This document shows positions 12,950 through 25,500 of a DNA stretch of 64,000 nucleotides, piece by piece. The DNA is from Octopus sinensis (Eukaryota). The position numbers and the translations under genes are program-made. Position 1 is the stretch's first letter. Each line of letters starts with the position of its first letter. The stretch lies in assembly GCF_006345805.1 (NCBI RefSeq), contig NC_043002.1:69564001-69628000 (forward strand), in the 5' to 3' direction. The notes below the pieces were generated by a model. It did no database searches, was not told the origin of the DNA, and saw only the letters and a list, made by a program, of their open reading frames with translations.

Positions 12950-13539
12950 GAAATAATAATAATAATAATAATAATAAAAAGAAAAAAAAGAAGCTGGATA
13001 CTCACTCAAACCCGCCCAAACAGGAGTACCACCACCCAAACAAACCCTGTGGATAAATAACATCCAAAACAAAATAAAAAAAATTAGAAAAGACCTGTCG
13101 ATTCTTAATGAAATCAGCAAACAATCAACGCTACTGAGCAACAAAAAGAAAACAAAAATACTACGCAAATATAACATCACAGAGAAAGAGTTGCCGGAGA
13201 TAAAAGAAAAGCTGAAGCAAGATATCCTTGCCAAAGCACAAAGGATCCGCCGGTACGAGAAACGCCAACGCTTCTTTGAACAAAACAAAAAGTTCAACTC
13301 CAACCCCAAAAAGTTCTACCAAGAACTGGGCAAAAATAAAATAGAAGTCACAGCAGCACCAACGGCAGAAGAATTGGAAGAATTCTGGAGAGAAATATGG
13401 TCGGCGAACGAACAACCAAAAAAAAGGAGTATCAAAATAACAACTTTGGACCCCCATAACAACTGAAGAGGTCACCCAGGCACTGCAAAGACTAAGCAAC
13501 TGGAAGGCACCTGGGCATGACAAGATCCCCAACTTCTGG

Positions 13540-14805
13540 TTGAAATATCTAACAGGAATGCACAAAAAGCTGGCTGAAAACTTTAACAACATACTAGCAG
13601 AGCCAGAGACAATGCCTGAATGGCTCACGAAGGGGAAAACCATCTTAATTCCCAAATCAAATGAAACAGCAAAACCAGAAAACTACAGACCAATAACCTG
13701 CCTCCCTACTATGTTCAAGGCATTTACTGCAGTGATATCGCAAAGGCTGAACAAGCACCTGGACGAAAACAAACTGTTCCCAGAAGAGCAGAAAGGATGC
13801 CGCAAAGGCTCATATGGCTGTAAAGATCAACTAATGATTAATAAAGCCATAACTGAAGACAGCCACAGAAAGAAGAAAGGCCTCAGTGTGGCCTGGATTG
13901 ACTACAAAAAGGCGTTTGATAGCATCCCCCACACATGGATCCTCGAAACACTAGCCATTAACAAAGTAGCACCAACAATCATAAAATTCATAGAGCACTC
14001 TATGAATAAATGGCAAACAGTCCTACACCTCCAAACAAAAGAGGGACTCATGAAAACCAAAAACATCCCCATTAGAAGAGGAATATTCCAGGGAGACACG
14101 CTCTCTCCACTCCTTTTCTGCTTGGCACTGTCACCTCTATCTGATATACTAAATAGAACTGGATGCGGATATAAATGTTACGGCAAAACGATCAGCCACC
14201 TTTTATATATGGATGACCTAAAACTATACGCTGCAAATGACAAACAGCTGGGAACACTATTAAAGACAGTTCATGGATTTACCAAAGAAATAGATATGAA
14301 ATTTGGATTAGAAAAATGCGCCAAAGTATCCATGAAAAGAGGAAAACTAGTTAAGAGTAACAACATCACACTAGATAAAACCAATGAAATAAAAGAATTA
14401 GACCAAAGCCAAACTTACAAATACTTAGGAATCCATGAACTAGATAAGACACAACACACACAAATGAAAGAGAAAATAAAAAAAGAATATTATAGACGAG
14501 TTAGATCAATACTAAAAACAGAGCTCAATGCTAAAAACAAGATAATAGGTATCAACACTTTAGCTGTCCCAGTTATAAGTTACAGCTACAATATCCTTAA
14601 CTGGACACGAAATGAACTGACCAAAATAGATAGGAAAACAAGAAAAATACTGACAGGATCTAGGATGCATCACCCAAAATCTGACATAGAAAGACTATAT
14701 ATACAACGTATAGAAGGTGGTAGAGGCCTTATACAGCTGGAAAACTACTATAAAATAACCACCATAGGACTGCAAAAATATCTACTTCAGAAGGAAGGAA
14801 ACTGA
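13540..14805 (+). CDS. Reverse transcriptase domain of the R4/Dong element (part of a frameshifted ORF)
   Basis: 421-aa ORF with the RT motif series including YMDD. Confidence 0.9.
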   Translation: MKYLTGMHKKLAENFNNILAEPETMPEWLTKGKTILIPKSNETAKPENYRPITCLPTMFKAFTAVISQRLNKHLDENKLFPEEQKGCRKGSYGCKDQLMINKAITEDSHRKKKGLSVAWIDYKKAFDSIPHTWILETLAINKVAPTIIKFIEHSMNKWQTVLHLQTKEGLMKTKNIPIRRGIFQGDTLSPLLFCLALSPLSDILNRTGCGYKCYGKTISHLLYMDDLKLYAANDKQLGTLLKTVHGFTKEIDMKFGLEKCAKVSMKRGKLVKSNNITLDKTNEIKELDQSQTYKYLGIHELDKTQHTQMKEKIKKEYYRRVRSILKTELNAKNKIIGINTLAVPVISYSYNILNWTRNELTKIDRKTRKILTGSRMHHPKSDIERLYIQRIEGGRGLIQLENYYKITTIGLQKYLLQKEGN

Positions 14806-14951
14806 TCCAGATAGCGGCAAAACACGAGCAAAACAAAAAACTGTTCTCAGTATTTAAGGAAGCTGACAAATACAAACAAGAAATCATACCACCTAATAAA
14901 CATGAAGAAGAAGAAGAAGAAGATGAAGAAACAACAAAAGCTATAAAACAA

Positions 14952-15767
14952 ATGAAATCCAAACTAAAAATAGAACAGCAACGAACCATGATAAAACGAT
15001 GGCAAGAAAAGCCCCTTCATGGTAAATACTGGACTAAACTAAACGCAAAAGAAATAGACAAAGAAAAATCCCAGCAATGGTTGAGAAGCTCAGGACTCAA
15101 AGCAGAAACAGAGGGATTTTTAATTGCAGCACAAGACCAAAGCCTCCCCACCAGAAATTACCAAAAACATGTAATGAAAAGAAATATTACAAGTAACTGC
15201 AGAATATGTGGAGATGGACAAGAAACAATAAATCATATTATCTCTAGCTGCCCAGTCCTGGCTAAGAAGGAATATATTCACAGACATGACAGAGTTGGAA
15301 CCTACATACATTGGAAGCTCTGCCAACATTATGGAATAGCAACAGAAAAAAGATGGTATAGGCACACACCAGAAAAGGTCACAGAAAACGAGAAAGCAAC
15401 CATACTCTGGGATATGCCGATACACACGGATAGAGAAATTAAGGCCAACAGACCAGATATAGTTGTCAGAGATCATGAAGAAAGAAAATGCTTTCTAATT
15501 GATGTATCAATACCGGCAGATGACAACGTGTCTCTAAAAGAAATGGAGAAACTCTCAAAATACAAAGACCTGGAAATAGAGGTAACTAGAATGTGGAATC
15601 TGAAAACAGAAACAATTCCTATCATAGTAGGTGCATTAGGCATGATAAAAAAATATTCAGACAAATACATAACAAAAACACCAGGACTTACAAACACATA
15701 CAACATACAGAAAATTGCACTACTAGGCACTGCACACATCCTACGCATAACACTTTCCATACAATAA
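14952..15767 (+). CDS. CCHC zinc knuckle and PD-(D/E)xK restriction-like endonuclease of the R4/Dong element
   Basis: 271-aa ORF with CxxC-x8-H-x4-C, RHD and PD..D..K motifs. Confidence 0.9.
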   Translation: MKSKLKIEQQRTMIKRWQEKPLHGKYWTKLNAKEIDKEKSQQWLRSSGLKAETEGFLIAAQDQSLPTRNYQKHVMKRNITSNCRICGDGQETINHIISSCPVLAKKEYIHRHDRVGTYIHWKLCQHYGIATEKRWYRHTPEKVTENEKATILWDMPIHTDREIKANRPDIVVRDHEERKCFLIDVSIPADDNVSLKEMEKLSKYKDLEIEVTRMWNLKTETIPIIVGALGMIKKYSDKYITKTPGLTNTYNIQKIALLGTAHILRITLSIQ

Positions 15768-15897
15768 CCATCAGAGCATCACAACAAATCACAGCACATA
15801 CCTAAGGCACACAGAGCTGCGCTCGGTAGTAAAGTGAAAGCACGCTATAAAAATAAAACTACTGAATAATAATAATAATAATAATAATAAATATAAT

Positions 15898-15956
<59 letters not shown>

Positions 15957-15969
15957 TGTTAAAAATTTT

Positions 15970-16490
15970 CTCTTTATCACAGGTTTTGTTGGAGCACCTG
16001 GTGTATTACATGCGTAGCCTACGGTACCATGCTATCCATTCTTTTCAGCTGTCTTATACTTTCCTGGTTATTCTGGCCGTGCCAAGGAAGCAAACCTTTT
16101 GTAACAGTTCTGCTGGGCACTCTATTCCAATTTCCTTTATATTCCTCTTGATGCCTTCTGATACTGCTCCCAAGGTCCCAACAATAATTGCCACTATCTT
16201 CACGTTCTTCATGTCCCATGGCCGGGATATTTCGTACTTAAGAGGGTTGCATCTATCTATCTATCTGTTTGCCTTCCTACTTGATTAGTCGTGAGTCAAA
16301 GGAGCATAAAACACCAAGTATATATCATATTTGGTGCACCTTGTCTACCACCACTAGGTCCGGTCTGCTATGTTGTGGTACTTGATCTGTTTGGGTTGGG
16401 AAATCCCATTAGATATTGCTAGTTTCCGACTCCGCCACTATCTGCGATTTGTGCTCATACCACGTCTTGCCTCTCTGTAGCCTCTTCTAA
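15970..16490 (-). mobile_element. Decayed RLE domain and 3' end of a different R4/R2-group LINE, tail-to-tail with the young copy
   Basis: Minus strand WDFPTQTD...RPDLVVVDK and PWDMKNVKIVAIIVGTLGAVS...LQKVCFLGTARITRKV. Confidence 0.65.
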
Positions 16491-16546
16491 TCCCAAGATT
16501 CCGAGTTTGATTCCAGGCAGTGACATGAGTAATAATAATAATAATA

Positions 16547-16604
<58 letters not shown>

Positions 16605-16611
16605 CAATAAC

Positions 16612-16750
16612 ATTGAAAAATACCTAAGGAATGAGAACCCAGGTTCGAAATTTCCACAAGACGCCTGATGAAGGCAGGAGGGTATATCAGCCGAAACGTG
16701 TTTACAACAAACAAGATAAGGACAAATATCCGTCAAATGTAAATAATGTA
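16612..16750 (+). mobile_element. PLE-derived repeat with degenerate hammerhead motif
   Basis: CTGATGA-A-GGC...GCC-GAAAC at 16665-16697. Confidence 0.55.
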
Positions 16751-16983
16751 AATGTTCTTAGTAACTTCAGTAATTTTTGAGATACTAGTGCGGATATTTG
16801 ACTTGTTAGACTTGCTATAAATAGCAACCTAATCTCCTTCGAATCACTCCATACGCTCCCCAAAATAACTATAAAAAAGATGAATGCATTGGAAAATATA
16901 ATTGTTGATTAATCGGTGATTACTCACTCTTGAAACGCATTTTATCATAGGTGTGTTTGATCAGGGGTTAAAATGAATCGTTG

Positions 16984-17014
<31 letters not shown>

Positions 17015-17411
17015 TACCGTCATCGTTATCGCCACCATATCCTTCGCTATCGCCGTTGCTGCTGCCCCCGCCATCGCTATCGCCGTTTCATTCATTCTAT
17101 CAACAATACATCATCAAAAACAGCAGCAACAGAAACGATATCAACAGATATACAGAAGCGACAACAGAAAAAGGAATAGCAGAAACATCAGCAACAGTCG
17201 CTTCATCATCATCATCATCATCATCATCATTAAAGACAGCAACAACAACAGCAGCAGCAGCAGCAAGAACAACAACAACATTTAAAACAACCAGATCCAA
17301 GTGTTCTTGTAGATGTATGTGTTGGGGGAGTGAAATGTTGGCAGAAGAAAATAAAAGTCGTTAGACTTTGTTATACATATATACCAAAATATTTTGGCCA
17401 TCAAGTAACTT

Positions 17412-17483
17412 GGCCCTGTGGCGCAACGGTAGCGCGTCTGACTCCAGATCAGAAGGCTGCGTGTTCGAATCACGTCGGGGTCA
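17412..17483 (+). tRNA. trnW: tRNA-Trp (anticodon CCA), intronless
   Basis: 72-nt cloverleaf: acceptor GGCCCTG/CGGGGTC (two G-U pairs), anticodon stem TCTGA/TCAGA with loop CTCCAGA (CCA at 17444-17446), T-arm GTTCGAATC and discriminator A. The body matches canonical metazoan tRNA-Trp. Confidence 0.92.
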
Positions 17484-17487
17484 AACA

Positions 17488-17496
17488 TTTTATTTT
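17488..17496 (+). terminator. Pol III oligo-T terminator of tRNA-Trp
   Basis: TTTTATTTT beginning 5 nt after the discriminator base. Confidence 0.6.
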
Positions 17497-18007
17497 AGCC
17501 TGGCTCTTTGGTAAGAAGTGTCCAGTCCAGCATTCCAACTTCATGGTTCTGGGTTCAGCCCCACTCCATGGCACCTTAGACAAGTGTTTTCTGCTATAAC
17601 CCTGGGATGTCCAAATCCTTGTGAGTGGAATTGGTAGACGGAAACTAAAAGAATCCCTTCACGTTTATATTTATGTATATATGTGTGTTTTGCCACTTCT
17701 CATCGCGTGACAATCGGTGTTGGTTTGTTTACCAGACGCAAAATAAACTCAACCCCGGTCGCTGGGGGAACAGATACTAACACACACACACCACACACCC
17801 ACACACCCATACACACACACATATGCATATGACAGGTTTCTTCAGAGTTTCCAGCTACCAAATTCTCATAGAAAATATTGATCGGCCCCGGAGTTATAGT
17901 AGAATACACTTTCCGAATTGGTCACGCTGTAGTACTTAATCCAAAATCATGCGGTTGCAAATCTACATTCACAGCCATGCCCGTTCTTTAACTCACGCAT
18001 TTATTCA

Positions 18008-18051
<44 letters not shown>

Positions 18052-18119
18052 GACACACACAGACAGACACACACAGACACACAGACACACAGACACACAC
18101 AGACACACACAGACACACA

Positions 18120-18163
<44 letters not shown>

Positions 18164-18799
18164 AATACACACATATATATGTGTATGTATGTGTGTGTGT
18201 GTATGTAAATGGTTGGCTACCTAGCCAGCGGGGTGGCTTCAACTCAAAAGCTAGAACAATATGAGTTAATAGGTCTCATTATCCTGCAGGTAAATCGGAC
18301 CGCTCCATGGCGGTTGAGTGAAATTCAACGAGAGGCTCTTAAAAATCTCATGTATCAATAGGCCGTCAAAGAATCAAATGGCAACTGTTGCCATATGTAC
18401 CTACAACTGAAAGTCTTAGGTAGGGAGAAGCAGACTGGCCCATCAAATGAAAGAGAAAAACTCAGGCATGAGTTATTACTCAGGGTAGGCAGTTGGCGAC
18501 GTTTATGTAGTAAAACACATTAAAATATAAGTGAAACACAGGTGAGCGACTGAGTTGGAGTCAGATTTACTTCTGCCTGTATAGCTCGTAAAGAAAACGT
18601 TGTTGTTGGAGTGTATGCAACACGTGTACTACAGCAGTACTATGCGTAGTTTTAATACTGAGATTGAAAGGCACGGTCGAACTATGCTTACCTAATCTAC
18701 AAAAAATATATATATTTTGCATTTTACGCATAATAATTAGAGTAACCTTCATAATTTTATTGAATTAGGTGCATATTTTGCTATAAATGGAAAATGTTA

Positions 18800-20650
18800 C
18801 TATCGTTCTATTTCATTCAGGTTAGGCACTGCTTACCTTGTCTACCCAGGCGGAACATCCCTGGAAAGACGAAATCAAATGTGATGTGCTTGGGCTCTAT
18901 GAAAGACGTGAAAAGAAAGAATAAATGTGAGATGGATAGAAGGAAGTGTCGTGAGACTGAGAAAAGCGGAAGGTGTAAGAGCAACAGGTAGCATAGGGTT
19001 TATCGTAAGCAAAGAATAGGCGTCGAAAATGGCCTTCATTGCGCATCGGTATGCTAAACATTCTTCTCTCAAGAAATATCACCCTGAATATCATCCAGAT
19101 CTATGCACGCACAAATACGCGCGAAAACGATGAAGTGGAAGAATTCTACTAAGAGCTAGAGAAAACGCTAGCACACAAATCCACTTAAATCAGTGATGGG
19201 AGATTTCCCTGCCAAGGCTGGAAAAGGATGACAGGGAGAGAAATATGTTGGTAAGCTAAGATCGGGAAAGAGAATCAAAGGAGTAGAAAGTTTGGTTACC
19301 ATCGCAGAGACATGACTTTACATTGATAACAGCCTATAAAGGAAGCAACCTGGTCGATAAAATGCACATATTGCAGGATGTCTGAGTAGTAGCGCCATTC
19401 AAAACAAGCAGTGATCATCGCTTGCTACGGGCAAAGAAGATGATCAATGAAATTAAAGAGTAAAGACTCTGGATATCTTAATGAAGAATCAACGCGTCAA
19501 GGCCTTTGATGTGAAGCAGTTACAAGAAGCTATCAAAAAGGAAATTTGAAGTTAACTTGAAGAAGCTCAATGAGGACTACAGCTTGCTAGCCCAGAAAAT
19601 TAAAAGTTGTATACCGAAAGAAAAAAACTTGCAAGCCAGCAGTAGCCTGGCGGAAAAATCTCATAAACGGAAAACGATGAAGAGGAACATGAAGGATCAC
19701 CTTGAGTACCCCGTTCTCTTCAAAGGGATCAGACAACATCTAAGAAACGATTTCGAGGATTATAGACTGAAGAAATTGATACAAGCTACATAGGAAAGGA
19801 AAAGATTAAAAAAAGTTCAGGAGAGGACTGACGCTCTATGGGTCAAAGGTAACGGCATTTAAAAACTAGGATAGGCTTACGGTGACATGAAATGAAGGAG
19901 ATATATAAAACCTTTTACATCAACTTTTTAAAATCATCAGTGAAGCTTGATCCCACAAATGCTGCAAGAAGTGCCACCTATTCTGATCAGTGAAACTGAA
20001 AATGGCCTCAAACTGATGAAAACAGACAAAGATCCTGAGTAAAATTTTTTCTACTCTAGGCATAAGGCCCGAAATTTTTGGTGAGGGGGCCAGTCGAGAT
20101 ATGGATCCTGAAATCTCAAAGAGAAGAAGGGCAGGACGCGAGGCATTTAACACAATGAAGGATGTGCTTCAAACAAATCTACACAAAGCCATATGTGCCA
20201 AACTCTTCAAAAGCACTGTCCCACCTGCGCTCTTTACGCAAATGAGATGAGGGCTATTGCAAAGAATAGGGAGCATGCATTGGCTACGACGTGAAGGGCC
20301 ATGAAAAGATCCTTACTAGGAATATCTTTAAGAGAGCATATTCGAAATGATAGGATTCGAGAATGGAGAGGATTGGAGGATGTGATAGCAGAGTGCCGAA
20401 AACGCAAGTTCCGCTGGGCTGAACATGCTGCAAGGTTCGCATATAACAAGTGAGCAGGTGCAGTTTCCGAGTGATATCCAAGAGATCGGAAAAGAACTCT
20501 TTGAAGGCCTCCACGACGAAGAAAAGACGATTTAGTTAAGCAATTTGGGTCGTCAAGATGAAAAAGAAAGGTACAGCCAAAACAAAACTGGAAGTGATTG
20601 TGACCAGCGGCGGATAACAGCATCTGTTGATTCCGTTGATGCTGGGATAC
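18800..20650 (+). mobile_element. Decayed RTE-clade LINE (APE plus C-terminus; RT core largely deleted)
   Basis: APE motifs CDVLGL, IIQIYA...DEVEEFY and SDH-like AGTGATCATCG; C-terminus KRKFRWAEHAAR...YPRDRKR...RPPRR. Many stops. Confidence 0.7.
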
Positions 20651-20859
20651 TGTGATATATATATATATATATATATATATTTAACTTTTATATTTTAAAA
20701 TTAATTTTATGTATTGACTTATGTTTTTCACTGTTTGATTTGCCTAATAGTGGTTTTATCTCTAATGTAATATAATATAATATATTTATACTATAAAATT
20801 GGATTTAATCTTGAATCTAATTTTTCCCTGTAAGTTTGGATTTATTCCCTATATATATA

Positions 20860-20927
<68 letters not shown>

Positions 20928-20934
20928 CGGGAAG

Positions 20935-22290
20935 CTTTATGAAAATAAACAAAAGACGAAGGCAGGTGGAAAACAAACGAACAATTGTATTAGTATGGCG
21001 CTCAGGAAATATAAATAAAACAAGTCTTTAACGTTTCGAGCCTACGCTCTTCAACAGAAAGATACACAGAGAGAGAAAAACACAGAAAGAAGGAGAGAAA
21101 AAAAATGCGTGCAGTAGCTAACGAATCAACATGGCGATCTGATTTCAGCCAGAGGTCAAAGATCAAACATGAGACGCGAGAGCGAAATAAGGGGAGATAA
21201 TAGGGTTGATAAAAGGGTAGAGGGACCAGCTAAAAGTGCGTGGGAGGGGTCTGGATGTGTGTATGTATAGGGTTGGTGTATGTATTAGTATGTATAAGGG
21301 TGTGTGTGTGTGTGTGTGTGTGTATGAGAGAGTATTAGTGCGTAAGATTGGTCTGGACGTGCGTATGTATGGGGTTGGTGTATGTATTAGTATGTATTAG
21401 TATGTATTAGTACGTATTGGTATGTATAGGTGTGTGTGTGGTGTGTGAGAGAGTATAAGTGCATATGCGGGGTCTGGACGTGTGTATGTATAGGGTTGGT
21501 GTAAGTATTAGTATGTACTAGTATGTATTAGTACGTATTAGTATGTATTAGTTGGTGTGTGTATTAGTATGGCACATCATATGTGATGTGATGTGTAAAG
21601 TCATGTGGTGTAGTGAGGAGAAGAGGGGGAGGGGGAGAAGAGGGGGAGAGAAGGGGAGGGGAAGAAGAGGGGGGAGAGGAGAGGATGGGGGAGAAGGAAG
21701 GAAGGGGATGAGGGGGATGAAGGAGGAAAGAGGGAGAGGAGGAGAGAGAAGGGGAGAGAGGGAGTGAGGGAGCAGAGGGAAGGGGAAGAGGGAGGGAGAG
21801 GAGAAAGAGGGAAGAAGGGAAGGGGAGTAGGGGTGAAAGGATGAAGGACTGAAGAAGTAGGGGTCGGGGGGAGAAAGGATAGGTGAGGAGGGGGGTGAGG
21901 TTAGATGAGGAGGGGGGAGAGTTGAGACCAAATGGCGTATAAGAGCGAAGAGAGAAGATTAATTCCTGTTCACGGCGCAAACGGGAATCCGGATGGCCTC
22001 TGTGTAAGGACAAACCGAACACAGATAGGTGTTGCAAGGAGTGACCGGTGGAGCGGAAATGGCGTGAGACCGGTGTGTCGTTCGCAAGGTGGATGTCACG
22101 AAGGTGTTCCGCGAACCGGTCAGCCAAGCGGCGTCCCGTTTGTCCGATGTACAAGGAATTGCAGAGAGAGCAAGAGATGCAATAGATAATATTGCTGGAG
22201 GTGCAGGTGAAGGAGTGGATGATGGGATAGGGTCGATGGTGGGTGCTAGTGAGGCGGGTGGTGTTGGAGAGGTAAGGGCAAGTGCATATA
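20935..22290 (-). mobile_element. PLE 3' part: GIY-YIG endonuclease, low-complexity 3' region and terminal hammerhead-like pLTR
   Basis: Minus strand FTCTSSNIIYCISCSLCNSLYIGQTGRRLADRFAEH...RLRREQELIFSLRSYTPFGLN; the terminal segment matches 7430-7612. Confidence 0.88.
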
Positions 22291-22527
22291 TATATATTTC
22301 TTTACTACCCACAAGGGCCTAAACACAGAGGACACAAACAAGGACAGACAGACGGATTAAGTCGATTACATCGACCCCAGTGCGTAACTGGTACTTAATT
22401 TATCGACCCCGAAAGGATTAAAGGCAAAGTCGACCTCGGCGGAATTTGAACTGAGAACGTAACGGCAGACGAAATACGGCTCAGCATTTCGCCCGGTGTG
22501 CTAACGTTTCTGCCAACTCGTCGCCTT
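22290..22527 (-). mobile_element. tRNA-derived SINE family D (head GGCGAGCTGGCAGAAACGTTAGC)
   Basis: B box AGTTCAAATTCC and body GAGGTCGACTTTGCCTTT. Further copies at 10670-10800(+), 36540-36890(-, two), 38560-39530(-, four) and ~57520-57570(+). Confidence 0.8.
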
Positions 22528-22546
22528 GTTATTATTATTATTATTG

Positions 22547-25500
22547 GGAGTTACCCCCACCACCAACAACAGTAAGTAGAGCCTTTTTTTTTCTCCTTTT
22601 TTTCCCCCCTACTTTTGAAACATGGCAAATCTTAGAATCGGTTGCTTGAATGTGAGAGGCCTCGGGTCACCTTGGAAACAGGGTCACCTGTTAAACGACC
22701 TGAGGTTTCATGATGTGGATGTAGCAGCCATCAGTGAAACCAGGCTCTCCGACCCGCAGGAACTCGCAGCCCTTTTCGGCGGATACGAGATATTTCTATC
22801 TCCGTGTCGGCCGGAAGCGGGCGGTGGTGGTACTGCAATGTTGTTTCGGAAGGGCCTGGACTTGAAAATAAGGACAGTCTTCTTGGATCCGGAAGGTAAG
22901 TTGGTGGTCCTCGACGTGGACGATAGTGACGGCGGTGCTTTCAGACTGCTGGCTGCCTACGCTCCGACAGGAGCAGGGCAGTCGGATTATTTCAAACGTC
23001 TGGAAGTTTTCCTGGGAACGTCACGCACTCTAGTGCTAGTTGGGGATTGGAACGCTGTCTTAGACGAACGTTTCGATCGGGTGGGCAGGGGAGCGTCTGA
23101 TAGGAGAGGGGGAGGGTGCAAGAGCCTTGCCAACCTACTCGGCCGCTTTCAGCTGTCCGACAGGTTTCGACTAGACAACCCGAATGTGCCAATGTGGACT
23201 TGGACCAATCGCATCGGGTCGTCCAGATCGTACTTAGATAGAGTGTTTTGTAGGCCAGCGGATAAGGACAGCGTAGGGTGTCCACAATTCCACCTAGTCG
23301 ACTACACGGACCACAAATTAGTGATCTGTACGGTCGACTTAGATAGGCTACATAGACAGGGACCCGGCTACTGGAAGCTGAACGCGTCGTTAACGGCGTG
23401 CAAAGCTTACAGAGACCGGATTAGTTTACTAGTTAAGTGGGCGCTCACGGGGGCAATCATCAACAACAACTGGTGGTTTGCCCTCAAGAGAGCAATTAGA
23501 GTAGAGTCGATTAGGTATAGTAAGACTCTAGCTATTGAACGTAGGAAGAGAGAGCGGGATTTAGTTAAGAAACTAGACGAGGCTCTTGACACTGGCATCG
23601 CGACCGACGTGTTGGCGGCAAGATTGGCCCTCGACCAACACTTCGACGCCAAAAACGAAGGCTGCGTTGTCAGAGCTAAGGCACGTTCGCTAAGCGGGGA
23701 GGGGACTAGAGCCGCTCGATGGGCCCGCGTGGCAGAGGCGAAGCGAGGCAACAAAGCAACCATTCGGTCTTTGGTGGACCAGAACGGGCGCGAGGTTACC
23801 GAACCGAAGCAGATGTGTACGGTGCTTCAGCGGCACTTTACTCAACTGTTTGGGACGAGCGGTGGAACGGACAACGGTGCAGACTTCGGTGTGTACCTGG
23901 ACGGCCTACCGCAACTCTCGGACAGCGAGGCAGAGTGCTGCGAAGGACCGATATCTGCCTGGGAAGTGGAGGAAGCAATGAAGAGTTGCACGAGAGGTAG
24001 ATCGCCGGGTTTGGATGGTCTGCCCTACGAGCTTTACGTTTCAATGCCAGACTTGTTTGCGGGCTTGTTGGCAAACGTCTACTGCAACTGGCAGCAAAAC
24101 GGGAGAATTCCTGCTTTTGTCTGTCGAGGAGTGGTGGCTTTGCTGAAGAAGGCCCCAAACAAGGGGGACGTTATAGGGAATTTTCGGCCCATCACTCTGC
24201 TCAATGCAGAGTTGAAGATTTTGGCCAAGGTGCTAGCCAAGAGATTGGCGCTTGTCGTGGACAAGCTGGTCGGCAAGACGCAGACATGCGCCGTGCCGAC
24301 TAGGTCGATACACGACAACCTCCATTTCATGTGCTACACCATAGAGAGGGTGGGTAACGACGCTAGCGCGGGTAGGGCTTTGATCAACTTAGATCAGAGT
24401 AAAGCCTTCGATAGGGTCGACCATCGGTACCTGGCAGCTGTTCTCAAGGCAGCCGGCTTCGGTCCAGTCTTCCGCGGGTGGATAGCTGCTTTATACAGCA
24501 ACATCTGCTCGGTGATACGGGTGAACGGTCACCTTTCGGAACCGTTCGACATCTCGCGTTCGGTCCGCCAAGGATGCCCTCTCTCCTCCCTCTTGTACAT
24601 TTTGACTCTCGAGCCATTACTGCGCAAGTTGGAGGCTTTGAGGGGTATCCCGCGCGATCTAGGAGGCGGAAACAGCGTGTCTGCCTGTGCCGACGACATC
24701 ACCGTGGTGGTGTCGAGCCACAGGCACATTGGCCTGATTAGCGAGACACTAAACCAGTACGAAGCGGTGACAGGGGCAAAAATTAACGCGGAAAAGTCTG
24801 TGGGCTTGCAACTGGGCACCTGGAGAGGCAAGCCCATGCCGTCCAACAGCGTTGTAGGGCGCTGGACAGACGGACCCGTTAAACTGCTCGGGGTCTGGTT
24901 CGGTCCGGACCTCCAAGTGGATAAAAACTGGGAAGAGGTGACGTGCAGGGTGGCACGTCTCACCCAGAAATGGGCCGAGAGGAAGCTGTCCCTGAAAGGT
25001 CGAGCGGAGGTGGCGAATGCGTACATCGCATCCGTCATCTATTACCGCTTGACCGTCGTCCCTTGTCCCGACCACTGGTTGGCCAAGCTGGTACGCCTGC
25101 TCTTCGACTTTTTGTGGAAGGGTCAGGTGCCACTGGTCAGGCGATCCATCTGCTGTCAACGACCGCTGAACGGAGGCCTTGTAATGCCGTGGTTGCTGTT
25201 GCGCAGGCATGCGCTCAGGCTGCGGCATCTCAAGCGCTTCCTAGACGGTGAACAGGTGTGGTCGTCTTTTGTCAGACGCGATTTTCCGCAGCTCGTCTCT
25301 TTGACGGAGCTGCAGACCTGGATCAAACGTAGACCGAGAAAGGCGCTTGGCACCTCGAGTGCCGTCAAGCTCTCTCCGCCCTCCGCCTGGCGGGCAATGC
25401 GATCGGTTACAGCTCCACTCTAGCGTTCTATAGAGGGTTAGTGGAGGAAAAATGCGACGACGTTCTCGGGGAAACTCTAGGCGTTGAAGATGACGAACTG

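Larger units (their letters stand above)
12983..15864 (+). mobile_element. Young, 5'-truncated R4/Dong-clade non-LTR retrotransposon (RT plus CCHC plus RLE) between (AAT)n arrays
   Basis: Coding sequence starts at the 5' junction. RT motifs NYRPITCL, WIDYKKAFDS, RRGIFQGDTLSPLLF and LYMDDLKLY; CRICGDGQETINHIISSC zinc knuckle, RHD, and RPDIVV...IDVSIP...EKLSKY nuclease motifs. One small deletion/frameshift near 13420-13470 and one frameshift near 14800. (AAT)n on both sides. Confidence 0.93.
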
